A stretch of 64,000 nt of DNA from Dehalococcoidia bacterium (GTDB taxonomy: Bacteria; Chloroflexota; Dehalococcoidia; SM23-28-2; RBG-16-64-32): positions 512,001 through 576,000 of the forward strand of contig CAXXTF010000002.1 in assembly GCA_963665775.2 (NCBI GenBank), written 5' to 3'. Numbering within the stretch: position 1 is the stretch's first letter; every line of letters begins with the position of its first letter. A model generated the notes under the pieces. It worked only from the letters and a program-made list of their open reading frames with translations, did not search any database and had not been told where the DNA came from. Shown piece after piece: positions 27,693 through 37,914 of the stretch. The position numbers were made by a program, and so were the translations under genes.

Positions 27693-28676
27693 ATGACGAC
27701 TCTCGCTGTGCTGGGTGCTGGCAGTGCGGGTACGGCCCTGGCCCAGGTGGCGGCGGGGAACGGCCATTCGGTGCGCCTCTGGAGCGCTGAGACCGCCGTC
27801 CTCGAGGAGATACGAGCGCAGCGCACCAACAGCAGGTACTTGCCGGACGTCAGCCTACACGAAGGGATAGCGGTGTCCTGGGGGCTGGCCGAGGCGCTGG
27901 CCGGGGCGGAGATCGCGATCGTCAGCGTGCCCACCCATGCTGTACGCGCGGTTGTTCGGGAGGCGGCCCCCTATCTGACCGGTGGGCCCGTCGTGCACAA
28001 CGTGGCCAAGGGGCTGGAGGAGGACACGGACCTACGCATGAGTGAGGTGATGGGCCAGGAGCTGGGGGCCGGAGCCCGCATCGCCAGCATGGGCGGCCCG
28101 GCGATAGCGACCGAGTTCGCCAGGGAGGTGCCCACGGCTGTCATCGTGGCGTCCGCACCCCTAAACACGGCGGCCGCTGTTCAGCAGGCGTTCCAGAACG
28201 ATCACTTCAAGATGGAGACCAGCGACGATATGGTTGGCGTGGAGCTGGGGGCCACCTTTAAGAACGTGTACGCGATCGCCATGGGCATGTGTGATGGCCT
28301 CGGTTACGGCACGAACACCAAGGCGTTCGTTGCTACCCTGGCCATCCACGAGATGGAATCGCTGATCACGGCCCTGGGCGGGGAGCGCCTAACCGTCTAC
28401 GGGCTGGCCGGGCTGGGAGACCTGCTGACCACCGGTTACAGCCCCCACAGCCGCAACCGGACCCTGGGCGAGAAGCTGTGCACGGACCCGAACTGGCGGC
28501 AGTTCGTCCGGACCCACACGGTGGAGGGGGTAGCGGCCTGCCGGTCAGCGGGCAAGCTGGCCGGCCGAGCCGGGGTGCGAACCCCTCTCCTGGATGTGGT
28601 ACGGGAGACTCTGTCCGGAGATAAGCAACCCGGGGCAGCGTTGCGTCGATTCCTGCGGCAATTCGCCTACGAATAG
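27693..28676 (+). CDS. gpsA: NAD(P)H-dependent glycerol-3-phosphate dehydrogenase
   Basis: GAGSAGTALA, KGLE, KNVYAIA.G, GLAGLGDL..T...SRN. Confidence 0.93.
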   Translation: MTTLAVLGAGSAGTALAQVAAGNGHSVRLWSAETAVLEEIRAQRTNSRYLPDVSLHEGIAVSWGLAEALAGAEIAIVSVPTHAVRAVVREAAPYLTGGPVVHNVAKGLEEDTDLRMSEVMGQELGAGARIASMGGPAIATEFAREVPTAVIVASAPLNTAAAVQQAFQNDHFKMETSDDMVGVELGATFKNVYAIAMGMCDGLGYGTNTKAFVATLAIHEMESLITALGGERLTVYGLAGLGDLLTTGYSPHSRNRTLGEKLCTDPNWRQFVRTHTVEGVAACRSAGKLAGRAGVRTPLLDVVRETLSGDKQPGAALRRFLRQFAYE

Positions 28677-28735
28677 AGGGCCAAGAGACGGATATATCCG
28701 GGTTACAGCGGCTGCGATACGGTCGCGTCCCGTGG

Positions 28736-29212
28736 TTAAGGCTTGTCCCGACCGTGGGCGGTCAGCGCCTCCTCGAGGGTGTGCCAGGCCAGCGTCGCAC
28801 ACTTAACACGCACGGGGAATTTGCGCACGCCGGTGAGCGACTCCAGATCTCCCATCTCGGAAAGGTCCACCTCATCGGAACCCCGCATCATAGCGGTGAA
28901 GTCGTGGAAAACGCCCTCGACCTCGCCTAGAGTCTTACCCACGATGGCGTCGGTCATCATGGACGCGGAGGACTGGCTGATAGAGCAGCCGGAGCCGCTG
29001 AAGGCGATATCGGTGACGGTACCCCCCTCGATCTGCAGGGCGATAGTGATCTCGTCACCACAGAGGGGGTTCAACCCATCGCGGCAGATGGTTGGGGAGG
29101 CTAGGGAACCGCGGTGACGGGGACTCCGGTAGTGATCGAGGATCACCTCGCGGTAGAGATCGTCCAGTTCGGCTTCCTGCCGGGCGTAATCTTCTGGATT
29201 ATCGGTCGTCAT
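28736..29212 (-). CDS. sufU: SUF-system NifU-family protein SufU
   Basis: LYREVILDHY, NPLCGD, GCSISQSSAS, RVKCATLAW. Confidence 0.93.
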   Translation of the reverse strand: MTTDNPEDYARQEAELDDLYREVILDHYRSPRHRGSLASPTICRDGLNPLCGDEITIALQIEGGTVTDIAFSGSGCSISQSSASMMTDAIVGKTLGEVEGVFHDFTAMMRGSDEVDLSEMGDLESLTGVRKFPVRVKCATLAWHTLEEALTAHGRDKP

Positions 29213-30437
29213 TGCTGAAGATCTCACGGACGGACTCGAGCCCATCCAGGAGACGATCCACCTCTTCCGCTGTGCTATATACGTAGAAGCTGGCGCGGGC
29301 TGTGCCGGACACTCCTAGGCGCCGCATCAGAGGCTGCGTACAGTGGTGCCCGGCGCGGATGGCGATCCCCTGGCGATCCAGGATAGTGCCTATATCGTGA
29401 GCGTGGATGTCGGGATAGTTGAAGGAGACAACTCCGCCACGCTCATCGGCCTCCAGCGGCCCGTAGATGGTCACATCCTCCAACTGGCGGAGGCGGCGGA
29501 GGCAATACTGGCTGACTTCAACCTCATGGGCGCGGACGTTCTCCATACCCAGGGCGCTGAGGTAGTCGATGGCGGCGCCAAAGGCGATGACATCGGCGAT
29601 GTTGGGGGTGCCGGCCTCGAACTTCCAGGGGATATCGTTCCACGTCGCCTCTTCCAGGGTTACGCGGCTAATCATCTCGCCGCCGCCCAGGAAGGGCTCC
29701 ATCTCCTCCAGCAGCTCGCGGCGGGCATAGAGGACACCGACGCCGGTGGGGCCCAGCATCTTATGGCTGGAGAAGGCGAAGAAGTCGCAGTCCAGGGCCT
29801 GGACGTCTACCGGCATATGGGGGGCGCTCTGGGCGCCGTCCACCAGGAAGATCGTCCCGTTGCGGTGAGCCTCTCGGGCGAGCTCCTTGACCGGGTTAAT
29901 CGTGCCCATGGAGTTGGAAACATGGGCAACGGCGGCCAGCCTGGTGCGGCCGTTCATCAGGTTCTCCATGCCGTTCAGGTCCAGCCTCTGCTGATCAGTG
30001 ATACCGATGTAACGAACGGAGGCGTCCTTCTCGTCGGCCAGACGGCGCCAGGGGATGAGGTTGGAGTGATGTTCCATCTCGGTAAGGAGGATCTCGTCCC
30101 CAGAACCGATATTGGCGCGCCCCCAGGTGTAAGACACCAGGTTGATCGCCTCGGTGGTGTTACGGGTGAATACGATACATTCCGGTGAGGGCGCGTTGAT
30201 GAAGGTAGCGATCTTAGTCCGGGACTCCTCGTAGGCGGCGGTGGCCTCCTCGCCCAGGCAGTGGATAGCGCGGTGGATGTTAGCGTTATACCCCTCGTAG
30301 TAGCGCACGAGAGCATCGATAACCTGACGCGGCTTCTGGGAGGTAGCCGCGTTGTCCAGGTACACCAGGGGCTTGCCATATACCTTGCGGCTCAGTATGG
30401 GGAAGTCCCTGCGGATGGCTTCAACGTCGAGCATCAT
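29199..30437 (-). CDS. sufS: cysteine desulfurase SufS
   Basis: YLDNAATSQKP, SSHKMLGPTG, FEAGTP, RAGHHC. Confidence 0.96.
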   Translation of the reverse strand: MMLDVEAIRRDFPILSRKVYGKPLVYLDNAATSQKPRQVIDALVRYYEGYNANIHRAIHCLGEEATAAYEESRTKIATFINAPSPECIVFTRNTTEAINLVSYTWGRANIGSGDEILLTEMEHHSNLIPWRRLADEKDASVRYIGITDQQRLDLNGMENLMNGRTRLAAVAHVSNSMGTINPVKELAREAHRNGTIFLVDGAQSAPHMPVDVQALDCDFFAFSSHKMLGPTGVGVLYARRELLEEMEPFLGGGEMISRVTLEEATWNDIPWKFEAGTPNIADVIAFGAAIDYLSALGMENVRAHEVEVSQYCLRRLRQLEDVTIYGPLEADERGGVVSFNYPDIHAHDIGTILDRQGIAIRAGHHCTQPLMRRLGVSGTARASFYVYSTAEEVDRLLDGLESVREIFSNDDR

Positions 30438-30438
30438 C

Positions 30439-30750
30439 TTAGTCCAGGGCGACGAGGATATCATCGCCCTCTACCTTCACAGGGTAGCCGTTCACGCCCT
30501 TTACGGCCGGAAAGGCCATGACCTCGCCGTTACGCACGTCAAAGCGGGCGCCATGCCGCGGGCACTCGATAGCGAAGCCGTCGAGCTCCCCGTCGCCCAG
30601 ATCGCCTCCATCGTGGGTACAGATGTCGTCGACGGCGAACAGCTCACCATCCACATTGCATAGGGCTAGTCTACGACCATTAGCCTGAAAGACGCGGACG
30701 GTGCCCGGGGCGACATCACCGGCCTTGCCTACCTTTACGAACTCCGGCAT
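30439..30750 (-). CDS. Rieske-type ferredoxin
   Basis: CTH...CPRH motifs. Confidence 0.92.
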   Translation of the reverse strand: MPEFVKVGKAGDVAPGTVRVFQANGRRLALCNVDGELFAVDDICTHDGGDLGDGELDGFAIECPRHGARFDVRNGEVMAFPAVKGVNGYPVKVEGDDILVALD

Positions 30751-30777
30751 GGTTTCATCTCTCCAATCGACTCAAAG

Positions 30778-32103
30778 TTAGTCCGCCGGGAGCTTGCTGT
30801 CGATAGAGGCTCGCAGCTGCTCCTGAACGCTGGACAGGGGTATCTTTGCCATGACCCCCTCGAAGAAGCCGTCCACCACCAGCTTTTCGGCCTGGGGGCG
30901 GTTGAGGCCGCGGCTCTGGAGGTAGAACAGCTGGTTCTCGTCGATTTGGCCGATAGCGGCGGCGTGAGAGCAGCGGCGTATATCTGAGGCCTCGATCTCC
31001 AGCGGGAGGATGGGGTGGGCCTTGGCGCCGTCGCTCAGGATAAGGTTGCGCACGGTCTGGCCGGCGTCCGTGCCGCGGCCGCTCTTGCGGACGTGGACCA
31101 TGCCGTAGTGGACGGACATCGCCCGATCCTTTATCGCTATTTTGAACAACAGGTCGCTGGTGCCGTTAGCGCCGCTATGCTCCTGCAGGGTCTGGTAATC
31201 GAAGTGCTGGTCGCCGTCCCCGAACACTACACCCAGAAGGTGGGCCGATGAGCCGTCGCCCTGGAGCATCGCATCGGTGTACTGCTTCGTCAGCCGGCCA
31301 CCGAGCCCCACGGCCAGGTAGTCCAGCCGGCTATCGTTGCCCAGATGGGTGCGGTGGGTGCCCAGCACGTAGACGTCGGTGCTCATCTGCTGGATGACTA
31401 CGTAGTGAAGGCGGGCGCTGGGTTGGAGATAGACCTCCACACCCGGGCAGAGAAGCGACGGCGAATCCAGGGAGGGCGAGCCGAAGTCCTCGATCAGCGT
31501 GACCTGCGCCCCGGGCTCGACGACCACGACGGTGTGAGGGAAAAGCGCCAGTGAAGAGCCGGACAGCCAGGTGGTGGCCCGCAGCGGAAGGCTGACCTCC
31601 ACCCCCTTCGGCACGTAGAGGAAGGCCCCACCGCTGAACAGGGCGGCGTTGAGGGCAGCGAACTTGCCCCGCGATGGCGGGAACGCTTCTCCCAGGAGGT
31701 GGGGCCGAACCAGCTCCTGGCGCTGACGTACCATCTCCTCCAGGGAACCGAACAGCACTCCCTCCTCGCGAGCGGCATCATCCAGGGAAGAGGACACGGC
31801 TTCCGAATCGTGCTGGATCAGGTGGCCGGCGTTCACCTCGCCGGAAGCCGGGGCCGGCAGCGCCGCCGGTATCTCCGTGGCCGGGCTGTAAGGGAGCAGC
31901 TCATCGAAGGGGATGCCGCTGATATCGGTGCGGCGCCAGTCCTCGTCCTGGAGGGTAGGCATCGGTGTGGCCAGGTAGCTCTGCCAGGCCGCCAGGCGAC
32001 GCTCCAAGAGCCACTCTGGCTCCTCTTTCAGGCGGGACAGCTCCCGTACTACTTCCTCCGAGAATCCCCGGAGGCCTTGGGTCAGGAGTGGCGTCTGAGT
32101 CAT
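30778..32103 (-). CDS. sufD: Fe-S assembly protein SufD
   Basis: EDWRRTD, beta-helix, LEI...RCSHAA.IG...LFYLQSRG. Confidence 0.92.
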   Translation of the reverse strand: MTQTPLLTQGLRGFSEEVVRELSRLKEEPEWLLERRLAAWQSYLATPMPTLQDEDWRRTDISGIPFDELLPYSPATEIPAALPAPASGEVNAGHLIQHDSEAVSSSLDDAAREEGVLFGSLEEMVRQRQELVRPHLLGEAFPPSRGKFAALNAALFSGGAFLYVPKGVEVSLPLRATTWLSGSSLALFPHTVVVVEPGAQVTLIEDFGSPSLDSPSLLCPGVEVYLQPSARLHYVVIQQMSTDVYVLGTHRTHLGNDSRLDYLAVGLGGRLTKQYTDAMLQGDGSSAHLLGVVFGDGDQHFDYQTLQEHSGANGTSDLLFKIAIKDRAMSVHYGMVHVRKSGRGTDAGQTVRNLILSDGAKAHPILPLEIEASDIRRCSHAAAIGQIDENQLFYLQSRGLNRPQAEKLVVDGFFEGVMAKIPLSSVQEQLRASIDSKLPAD

Positions 32104-32118
32104 GTGCCCCTTTCGCAA

Positions 32119-32151
32119 GAGGGGGCGGGCGTTGAATCATCCCGCCCCCTC
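32119..32151. terminator. intra-operon hairpin between sufB and sufD
   Basis: GAGGGGGCGGG-N11-CCCGCCCCCTC. Confidence 0.4.
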
Positions 32152-32190
32152 AGCCCGCCCGTTAGGCGGACGATCATCCATAATGCATGC

Positions 32191-33600
32191 CTAGCCGACA
32201 GCACCCTCCATCTGGAGCTGGACGATGCGGTTCATCTCTACGGCGTACTCCATCGGCAGCACCTTCACCAACGGCTCGATGAAGCCGTTAACGATCATGG
32301 TGGCCGCCTCGGTCTCACTGAGGCCGCGGCTCATCAGGTAGAACAGCTGCTCGTCGCCGATCTTGCTCACCGTCGCCTCATGACCGATGGTTACGCGGTC
32401 CTCGTCGATCTCCATGTAAGGGTAGGTATCGGAGCGGGACTCCTCGTCTAGGAGGAGAGCGTCGCAGCGAACGGTGGAGCGGGAGTCGACGGAACCCGGG
32501 TAGACCTTGACCAGGCCACGGTAGCTGGTGCGGCCGCCGTCCTTGGCGATCGACTTGGAGGTGATGATGGATGAGGTGTGGGGAGCGGCGTGGATCATCT
32601 TGGCGCCGGCGTCCAGGTGCTGCCCCCGGCCGGCGAAAGCGATGGAGAGCACCTCGCCGTGGGCGCCGGGCTCCATCAGGTAGCAGGCCGGATACTTCAT
32701 CGTCATCTTGGAGCCCAGGTTGCCGTCGATCCACTCGCCGACGGCGTCCTCATAGATGGCCATCCGCTTCGTCACCAGGTTGAAGACGTTGGGCGCCCAG
32801 TTCTGGATCGTCGTGTAACGGACGCGGGCGCCCTTCTTGACGATGATCTCCACCACTGCCGAGTGGAGGGCGTCAGCGGTGTAAATGGGGGCGGTGCAGC
32901 CCTCAACGTAGTGGACATAAGACCCCGGCTCGGCGATTATCAGCGTCCGCTCGAACTGGCCCGCTCGCTCGGCGTTGATGCGGAAGTAGGCCTGAAGAGG
33001 GACCTCCACGCGAACGCCCTCGGGGATGTAGACGAAGGAGCCACCGCTCCAGACGGCCGAGTTGAGGGCCGCGAGCTTGTTGTCATTGGGAGGGATGATC
33101 GTCCCCAGGTACTGCTTCACGATATCCGGGTGGTCGCGCAGGGCGGTGTCGGTATCGACGAAGATGACGCCCTGCTTCTGCAGGTCCTCTCGCAGCTTAT
33201 GGTAGACGACCTCAGAGTCGTACTGAGCACCGACGCCGGCCAGGAACTTCTTCTCTGCCTCGGGGATGCCCAGCTTATCGAAGGTGCGTTTGATGTAATC
33301 GGGAACATCGTCCCAGTTCTCGGACTTCTTGTCGGTTGCCTTCAGGTAGTAGTAGATGTCATCGAACTTCACTTCCGATAGATCGCCGCCCCAGGTGGGC
33401 ATGGGCCGCTGCATGAAGTGGTCCAGCGCCTTGAGACGGAATCGGCGCATCCAGTCCGGCTCCTTCTTCATCCAGGAGATCTCCTCTACGATCTCCCTAG
33501 AGAGGCCGGGCTTGGCCTTGAAAACGTACTCCTCGTCATCGTGAAAGCCGAACTTCTTCGCGTAGTCCTCGCGGTCGATGTCGATTTTCTCTACAACCAT
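32191..33600 (-). CDS. sufB: Fe-S assembly protein SufB
   Basis: [35 protein letters not shown]. Confidence 0.97.
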   Translation of the reverse strand: MVVEKIDIDREDYAKKFGFHDDEEYVFKAKPGLSREIVEEISWMKKEPDWMRRFRLKALDHFMQRPMPTWGGDLSEVKFDDIYYYLKATDKKSENWDDVPDYIKRTFDKLGIPEAEKKFLAGVGAQYDSEVVYHKLREDLQKQGVIFVDTDTALRDHPDIVKQYLGTIIPPNDNKLAALNSAVWSGGSFVYIPEGVRVEVPLQAYFRINAERAGQFERTLIIAEPGSYVHYVEGCTAPIYTADALHSAVVEIIVKKGARVRYTTIQNWAPNVFNLVTKRMAIYEDAVGEWIDGNLGSKMTMKYPACYLMEPGAHGEVLSIAFAGRGQHLDAGAKMIHAAPHTSSIITSKSIAKDGGRTSYRGLVKVYPGSVDSRSTVRCDALLLDEESRSDTYPYMEIDEDRVTIGHEATVSKIGDEQLFYLMSRGLSETEAATMIVNGFIEPLVKVLPMEYAVEMNRIVQLQMEGAVG

Positions 33601-33602
33601 GG

Positions 33603-34367
33603 CTATGACACCCCTTTCAGGACCTCTTTGCGGAGGTCTTCGTAACCCTTAGCTTCCAGTTCGGCAGCCAGCCCTGGGCCACCGGAGCGCACCACGCGAC
33701 CATCGATGAGCACGTGCACGAAGTCGGGCTGAATGTAGTTCAAGATGCGCTGGTAATGGGTGATCAGGAGGATACCCATATGGGGGCCGGAGAGGGCGTT
33801 GATCCCCCCGGCGACGATGCGGAGCGCATCGATATCCAGGCCGGAGTCGGTCTCGTCCAGGACGGCCAGCGCCGGCTCTAGAACTGCCATCTGCAGTATC
33901 TCGTTGCGCTTCTTTTCGCCGCCGGAGAAGCCCTCGTTGACGTAGCGATCGGCGAAGCTGCGATCCATCTCGAGGACCCCCATCTTCTCGAACAGGAGCT
34001 TGCGGAACGCGGTCACCGGGGGCTCCTTCTCCTTGACCGCCTTGACCGCCCGGCGCAGAAAGTGGCGAACCTTCACGCCGGGAATCTCCATGGGATACTG
34101 AAAGGCGAGGAACATCCCCTTGCGGGCGCGAGCGTCCGCCGTCAGCTTGGTCACGTCCTCGCCCTTGAAGAGGACACGTCCGGCGGTGACTACATAGCGG
34201 GGGTGCCCCAGAAGGCAATTGGCCAGCGTACTCTTGCCGGAGCCGTTGGGGCCCATAAGGGCGTGTATCTCGCCCCAATTGACCGTCAGCTCCACGCCCT
34301 TAAGTATCTCCTTGCCCTCGACCGATACGTAGAGACCTTCAACGGCGAACAGCGGCTGCTCAGCCAT
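33603..34367 (-). CDS. sufC: Fe-S assembly ATPase SufC
   Basis: [33 protein letters not shown]. Confidence 0.97.
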   Translation of the reverse strand: MAEQPLFAVEGLYVSVEGKEILKGVELTVNWGEIHALMGPNGSGKSTLANCLLGHPRYVVTAGRVLFKGEDVTKLTADARARKGMFLAFQYPMEIPGVKVRHFLRRAVKAVKEKEPPVTAFRKLLFEKMGVLEMDRSFADRYVNEGFSGGEKKRNEILQMAVLEPALAVLDETDSGLDIDALRIVAGGINALSGPHMGILLITHYQRILNYIQPDFVHVLIDGRVVRSGGPGLAAELEAKGYEDLRKEVLKGVS

Positions 34368-34427
34368 TCATCACTACTCCCGGCGAATAAGAGAACATTT
34401 GACCTGTATAAAGCTCCACTAGCCTGC

Positions 34428-34456
34428 ATTGTAGCATAAGGGTAGGTTGTATTCAA
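34428..34456 (-). promoter_or_regulatory. sigma70-type promoter of the suf operon
   Basis: Minus strand TTGAAT-N17-TACAAT with TG extension. Confidence 0.65.
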
Positions 34457-34556
34457 TAGCCTGATGGTGCGTTTCCCGTGATGGACCTCGACACTTATCT
34501 TGACCGCTCAGATGGCCGGTGCTACGGTGAACTTGGCCTGTTTTCTCTATTCTACC

Positions 34557-35777
34557 ATGAATAAGCGCATCTACCTCGACCACGCCGCCACCACGCCCCT
34601 GGAGCCCCGCGCCCTGGAGGCGATGCTACCATATCTGACCGAGCACTGGGGCAACCCCTCCAGCCTCTACGCTGAGGCCCAGGATGTCCGCAAGGGGCTG
34701 GACTGGGCCAGACGGACGGTGAGCGGGATTCTGGGCAGTAAGCCCCAGGAGATCGTATTCACCTCCGGCGGTTCCGAGAGCGATAACCTCGCCTTGCGAG
34801 GGGTCGCTTACGCCAGCCGGCAGCGCGGCAACCACATCATCACCTCCGCCATCGAACACCACGCCGTCCTGCATGCGGCCGAACGCCTGGAGCAGGAAGG
34901 GTTCCGGGTAACCTACCTGCCGGTGGACGGCGAAGGGTTCGTCGACCTGGCGGCACTGGAGGGCTCCGTCGGCCCGGAGACGACGCTGGTCAGCATCATG
35001 TACGTGAACAACGAGGTCGGCACCGTAGAGCCCATCGAGGAGGCGGTGCGCATCGTTAAGGGGAAGAACCCGCACACTGTCTTCCATACGGACGCCGTGC
35101 AGGCCATCGGCAACTTCGATGTGAACGTGGACCGTCTGGGGGTCGACCTGCTAAGTATCGGTGCCCACAAGTTCTACGGGCCGAAGGGGGTGGGAGCCCT
35201 GTACGTGCGGCGGCGGGCGCCCTTCCTGCCGCAGCAGTTGGGCGGCTCGCAGGAGAAGGAGCGACGGGCCGGCACCGAGAACGTGGCGAGCCTCGTGGGG
35301 ATGGCGAAGGCGATGGAGTTGGCCTACCAGGAGCTCGATGCGCGGGAGGCGCACTATCGGAAGTTGCAGGCGCGGCTGCTCCAGGAGATCCCTCAGCGGG
35401 TGCCGCACGCGCATCTCACGGGGCCCAGGGAGCTGTCACGTCGGGCGCCCAACAGCTTCTCCTGCTGCCTGGAGTTCATCGAGGGCGAGGCGGCCCTGAT
35501 GGCGCTGGACCTGGCTGGGGTGGCCGCCTCCAGCGGCTCCGCCTGCACCTCGGGCTCTCTGGAGCCGTCCCACGTGCTGACGGCGATGGGTGTGCCGCTG
35601 GAGCTGGCCCGGGGCAGCCTGCGGCTAACAGTGGGCAAGGATAACACCATGAAAGATATCGAGCACGTGCTCGATATACTGCCGGGGATCGTCTCGCGGT
35701 TGCGCGCCCTCTCGCCGACGTGGCCGGAGCGGCAGGAGTCGGAGGCCGGCAGGCGGGTCACCACGGGCGGCGTGTAA
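34557..35777 (+). CDS. iscS: cysteine desulfurase, IscS/NifS group I
   Basis: [41 protein letters not shown]. Confidence 0.93.
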   Translation: MNKRIYLDHAATTPLEPRALEAMLPYLTEHWGNPSSLYAEAQDVRKGLDWARRTVSGILGSKPQEIVFTSGGSESDNLALRGVAYASRQRGNHIITSAIEHHAVLHAAERLEQEGFRVTYLPVDGEGFVDLAALEGSVGPETTLVSIMYVNNEVGTVEPIEEAVRIVKGKNPHTVFHTDAVQAIGNFDVNVDRLGVDLLSIGAHKFYGPKGVGALYVRRRAPFLPQQLGGSQEKERRAGTENVASLVGMAKAMELAYQELDAREAHYRKLQARLLQEIPQRVPHAHLTGPRELSRRAPNSFSCCLEFIEGEAALMALDLAGVAASSGSACTSGSLEPSHVLTAMGVPLELARGSLRLTVGKDNTMKDIEHVLDILPGIVSRLRALSPTWPERQESEAGRRVTTGGV

Positions 35778-35800
35778 TACATTCTCAGCCGGAGCGAACG

Positions 35801-36418
35801 ATGGACGAGTCGCTGGTCAGGATCGGAGATGCTGCGGGTGTCGACGAGGAGTCGATCCGTAAGAATATTCTGATGGGCTCCGTGGAGGAGATCATCAAGT
35901 GGGCGCGTCGCTCCTCGCTCTGGCCGGTGATGTTCGGGCTCGCCTGCTGCGCTATCGAGATGATCGCCGTGGCTACGCCGCGGTACGACCTGGCTCGCTT
36001 CGGTGCCGAGGTGATGCGAGCCTCGCCGCGACAGGCGGACCTGATGATCGTGGCGGGAACGGTGACCTGGAAGATGGCGCCGCCGGTGCGCCGGATCTAC
36101 CTTCAGATGGCGGAGCCCCGCTGGGTTATCTCCATGGGAAGCTGTGCCACCATCGGCGGGCCGTTCGCCTACGGCTACAGCACTCTCCCCGGTGTGAACC
36201 TTATCATCCCCGTGGATGTCTACGTCCCGGGCTGTCCCCCGCGGCCGGAGTCCCTGCTACAGGGGTTGATGCTCCTCCAGGAGAAGATCAAGCGGTCGAG
36301 CCTGGCCGGGGATAAAGAGCGTAAGCTGCCCAGCGGCGACTTCTCCCGGTACCTGCCCGACGGCGACCCCCTCCGCCGCGAGCTGGAGTCGCTGTTTCCG
36401 CCCTATAGCAAGGCCTAA
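35801..36418 (+). CDS. nuoB: NADH-quinone oxidoreductase subunit B-like
   Basis: [31 protein letters not shown]. Confidence 0.92.
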   Translation: MDESLVRIGDAAGVDEESIRKNILMGSVEEIIKWARRSSLWPVMFGLACCAIEMIAVATPRYDLARFGAEVMRASPRQADLMIVAGTVTWKMAPPVRRIYLQMAEPRWVISMGSCATIGGPFAYGYSTLPGVNLIIPVDVYVPGCPPRPESLLQGLMLLQEKIKRSSLAGDKERKLPSGDFSRYLPDGDPLRRELESLFPPYSKA

Positions 36419-36455
36419 GCCGGGGCCTAAGCCGGCACCCGAAGCCTCAGACGCC

Positions 36456-37013
36456 TCACCTCGACCCAGTCCGGCGGCCAGCCTCACCAAGCGCTCTCAT
36501 CCGGCCCGGCGGCCAGTAGACCATCCAGGCCCGCGCCAGGATCGACTCGCGACCCACCGGTCCCAACTGGCGGCTATCGGTGCTGAACTCCGGGGCGTCG
36601 CCCAGGAGCAGATACTCGTCGTCGGCCAGAATGCGGGGCTCACCGGGAGGCTCGTCCGGCCCCGGCGACGGCTCCTCGCCAGGGGGCGAGCCGTTAACCC
36701 AGCAGCGACCCTCATCCATTGCCACGGTATCACCCGGCAGGGCGGCCAGCCGCTTGACCAGCCGCCGGCCCGGACGAGCCGGGTGCCTGGCCAGTACGAC
36801 ATCGCCACGGCGAGGCGATCCCAGCCGGTATGCCAATCGATCGAACAGGACGTGCTCCTCCGGCGCCAGAGTGGGGAACATGCTCCAACCTCGGACGATC
36901 ACTCGTCTGGCAGTGAGGAACGCCAGCAGGGGGTATAGGCCGGGGATACCGGCCAGCAGGCGAACTGCTCTGTCCGGTGCGGTCAAGGGCTTCGTATCAC
37001 CTTTCCTTATCAT
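36456..37013 (-). CDS. sodX: nickel SOD maturation protease (S26 family); start uncertain
   Basis: V.G.SM.PTL (Ser), LVKR (Lys), LGD....STDSR; divergent from sodN. Confidence 0.8.
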   Translation of the reverse strand: MIRKGDTKPLTAPDRAVRLLAGIPGLYPLLAFLTARRVIVRGWSMFPTLAPEEHVLFDRLAYRLGSPRRGDVVLARHPARPGRRLVKRLAALPGDTVAMDEGRCWVNGSPPGEEPSPGPDEPPGEPRILADDEYLLLGDAPEFSTDSRQLGPVGRESILARAWMVYWPPGRMRALGEAGRRTGSR

Positions 37014-37141
37014 CGAGCGTCCCATGCTCACCTATCGGCAGGCGGAGTCATCCCCTGCCAGCGGCTGGGGTCTGGCCTCGGATAGTGATTGTGTAGTAAA
37101 TTCTATAGCAACAGCTTGATTCTGACGAAGGAGGTCGTGCT

Positions 37142-37669
37142 ATGCTGCTCCAACGTGCGTTCGCCGGGTTTAACCGCCTCTTCCCGACGGAGGAGGCCCA
37201 CGCCCACTGCGATATCCCCTGCGGTATCTACGATCCGCATACGGCTCAGATCGGGGCCCACACTGTGGTCCGCATGGACCAGCTCATCGAGGCGCTGGAA
37301 GCACCCGGCGGAGGCGGCCCGACCCCGCCGTCCAAAGCGGACCGCGATAAGTACTTCAACTCCCTCTCTCGCTACATCACCGTCAAGGAAGAGCATGCCG
37401 AGATGGTCAAGAAGGAAGTCCGCATCATCTGGGGCGACTACTTCAAGCCGGAGCATCTGGAGAAGTACCCGGACCTGCACAGCACAGTCTGGAACATCAT
37501 GAAGCTCGCCTCCAAGGTCCGGCAGGAGGTCAATGCGCAGGCCGCCCAGGAGCTGCTGGCCGAGGTGCAGAAGTTCGCCGAGATCTTCTGGGCCACGAAG
37601 GGGGCCTCGACCCGGCGGCAGCCCTCGCTGCAGGCAGTGGGCGGGGAGTCGGTCGTCCAGGTGGCGTAA
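37142..37669 (+). CDS. sodN: nickel superoxide dismutase precursor
   Basis: 21-aa leader then the Ni-hook HCDIPCGIYDP; KEEHA, IWGDYFK, FW.TK; SD AAGGAGG. Confidence 0.95.
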   Translation: MLLQRAFAGFNRLFPTEEAHAHCDIPCGIYDPHTAQIGAHTVVRMDQLIEALEAPGGGGPTPPSKADRDKYFNSLSRYITVKEEHAEMVKKEVRIIWGDYFKPEHLEKYPDLHSTVWNIMKLASKVRQEVNAQAAQELLAEVQKFAEIFWATKGASTRRQPSLQAVGGESVVQVA

Positions 37670-37687
37670 GAGGGCCGCACCGCAGCC

Positions 37688-37722
37688 TCATTCTGAGCCC
37701 TTCGCTCCGCTCTAGGGTGACA
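37688..37722. repeat. two fused, oppositely oriented copies of the CTGAGC..CGAAG repeat
   Basis: TCATTCTGAGC joined to the reverse complement of TGTCACCCTAGAGCGGAGCGAAGG. Confidence 0.65.
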
Positions 37723-37824
37723 GGAAGCGGCAGCCGTCCAACCAGGCTGGGGCAGCGAAAAGAGGCCAGAGCATACAGCCTGAATGGTACGCACAATTCT
37801 GGTGTACGGATGCGCTCTCCAGTT

Positions 37825-37842
37825 TTGTGATTTGGTTCACTA
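37825..37842. promoter_or_regulatory. Rex-like (or CRP/FNR-like) operator upstream of nuoI
   Basis: TTGTGATTTGGTTCACTA matches 12 of 14 positions of TTGTGAA-N4-TTCACAA; followed by TTGCAA-N18-TAGAAT (37848-37877). Confidence 0.55.
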
Positions 37843-37914
37843 TCGGCTTGCAATTAAGAAAGCGGTGGCTGTAGAATTTAAACTGAAAGTTCTCGCGTAG
37901 GGAAAGGGGCTACC

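Noticed and set aside
28738-28765. Further repeat copy at the sufU 3' end (GCTTGTCCCGACC...)
   Set aside because: Lacks both the CTGAGC and CGAAG cores
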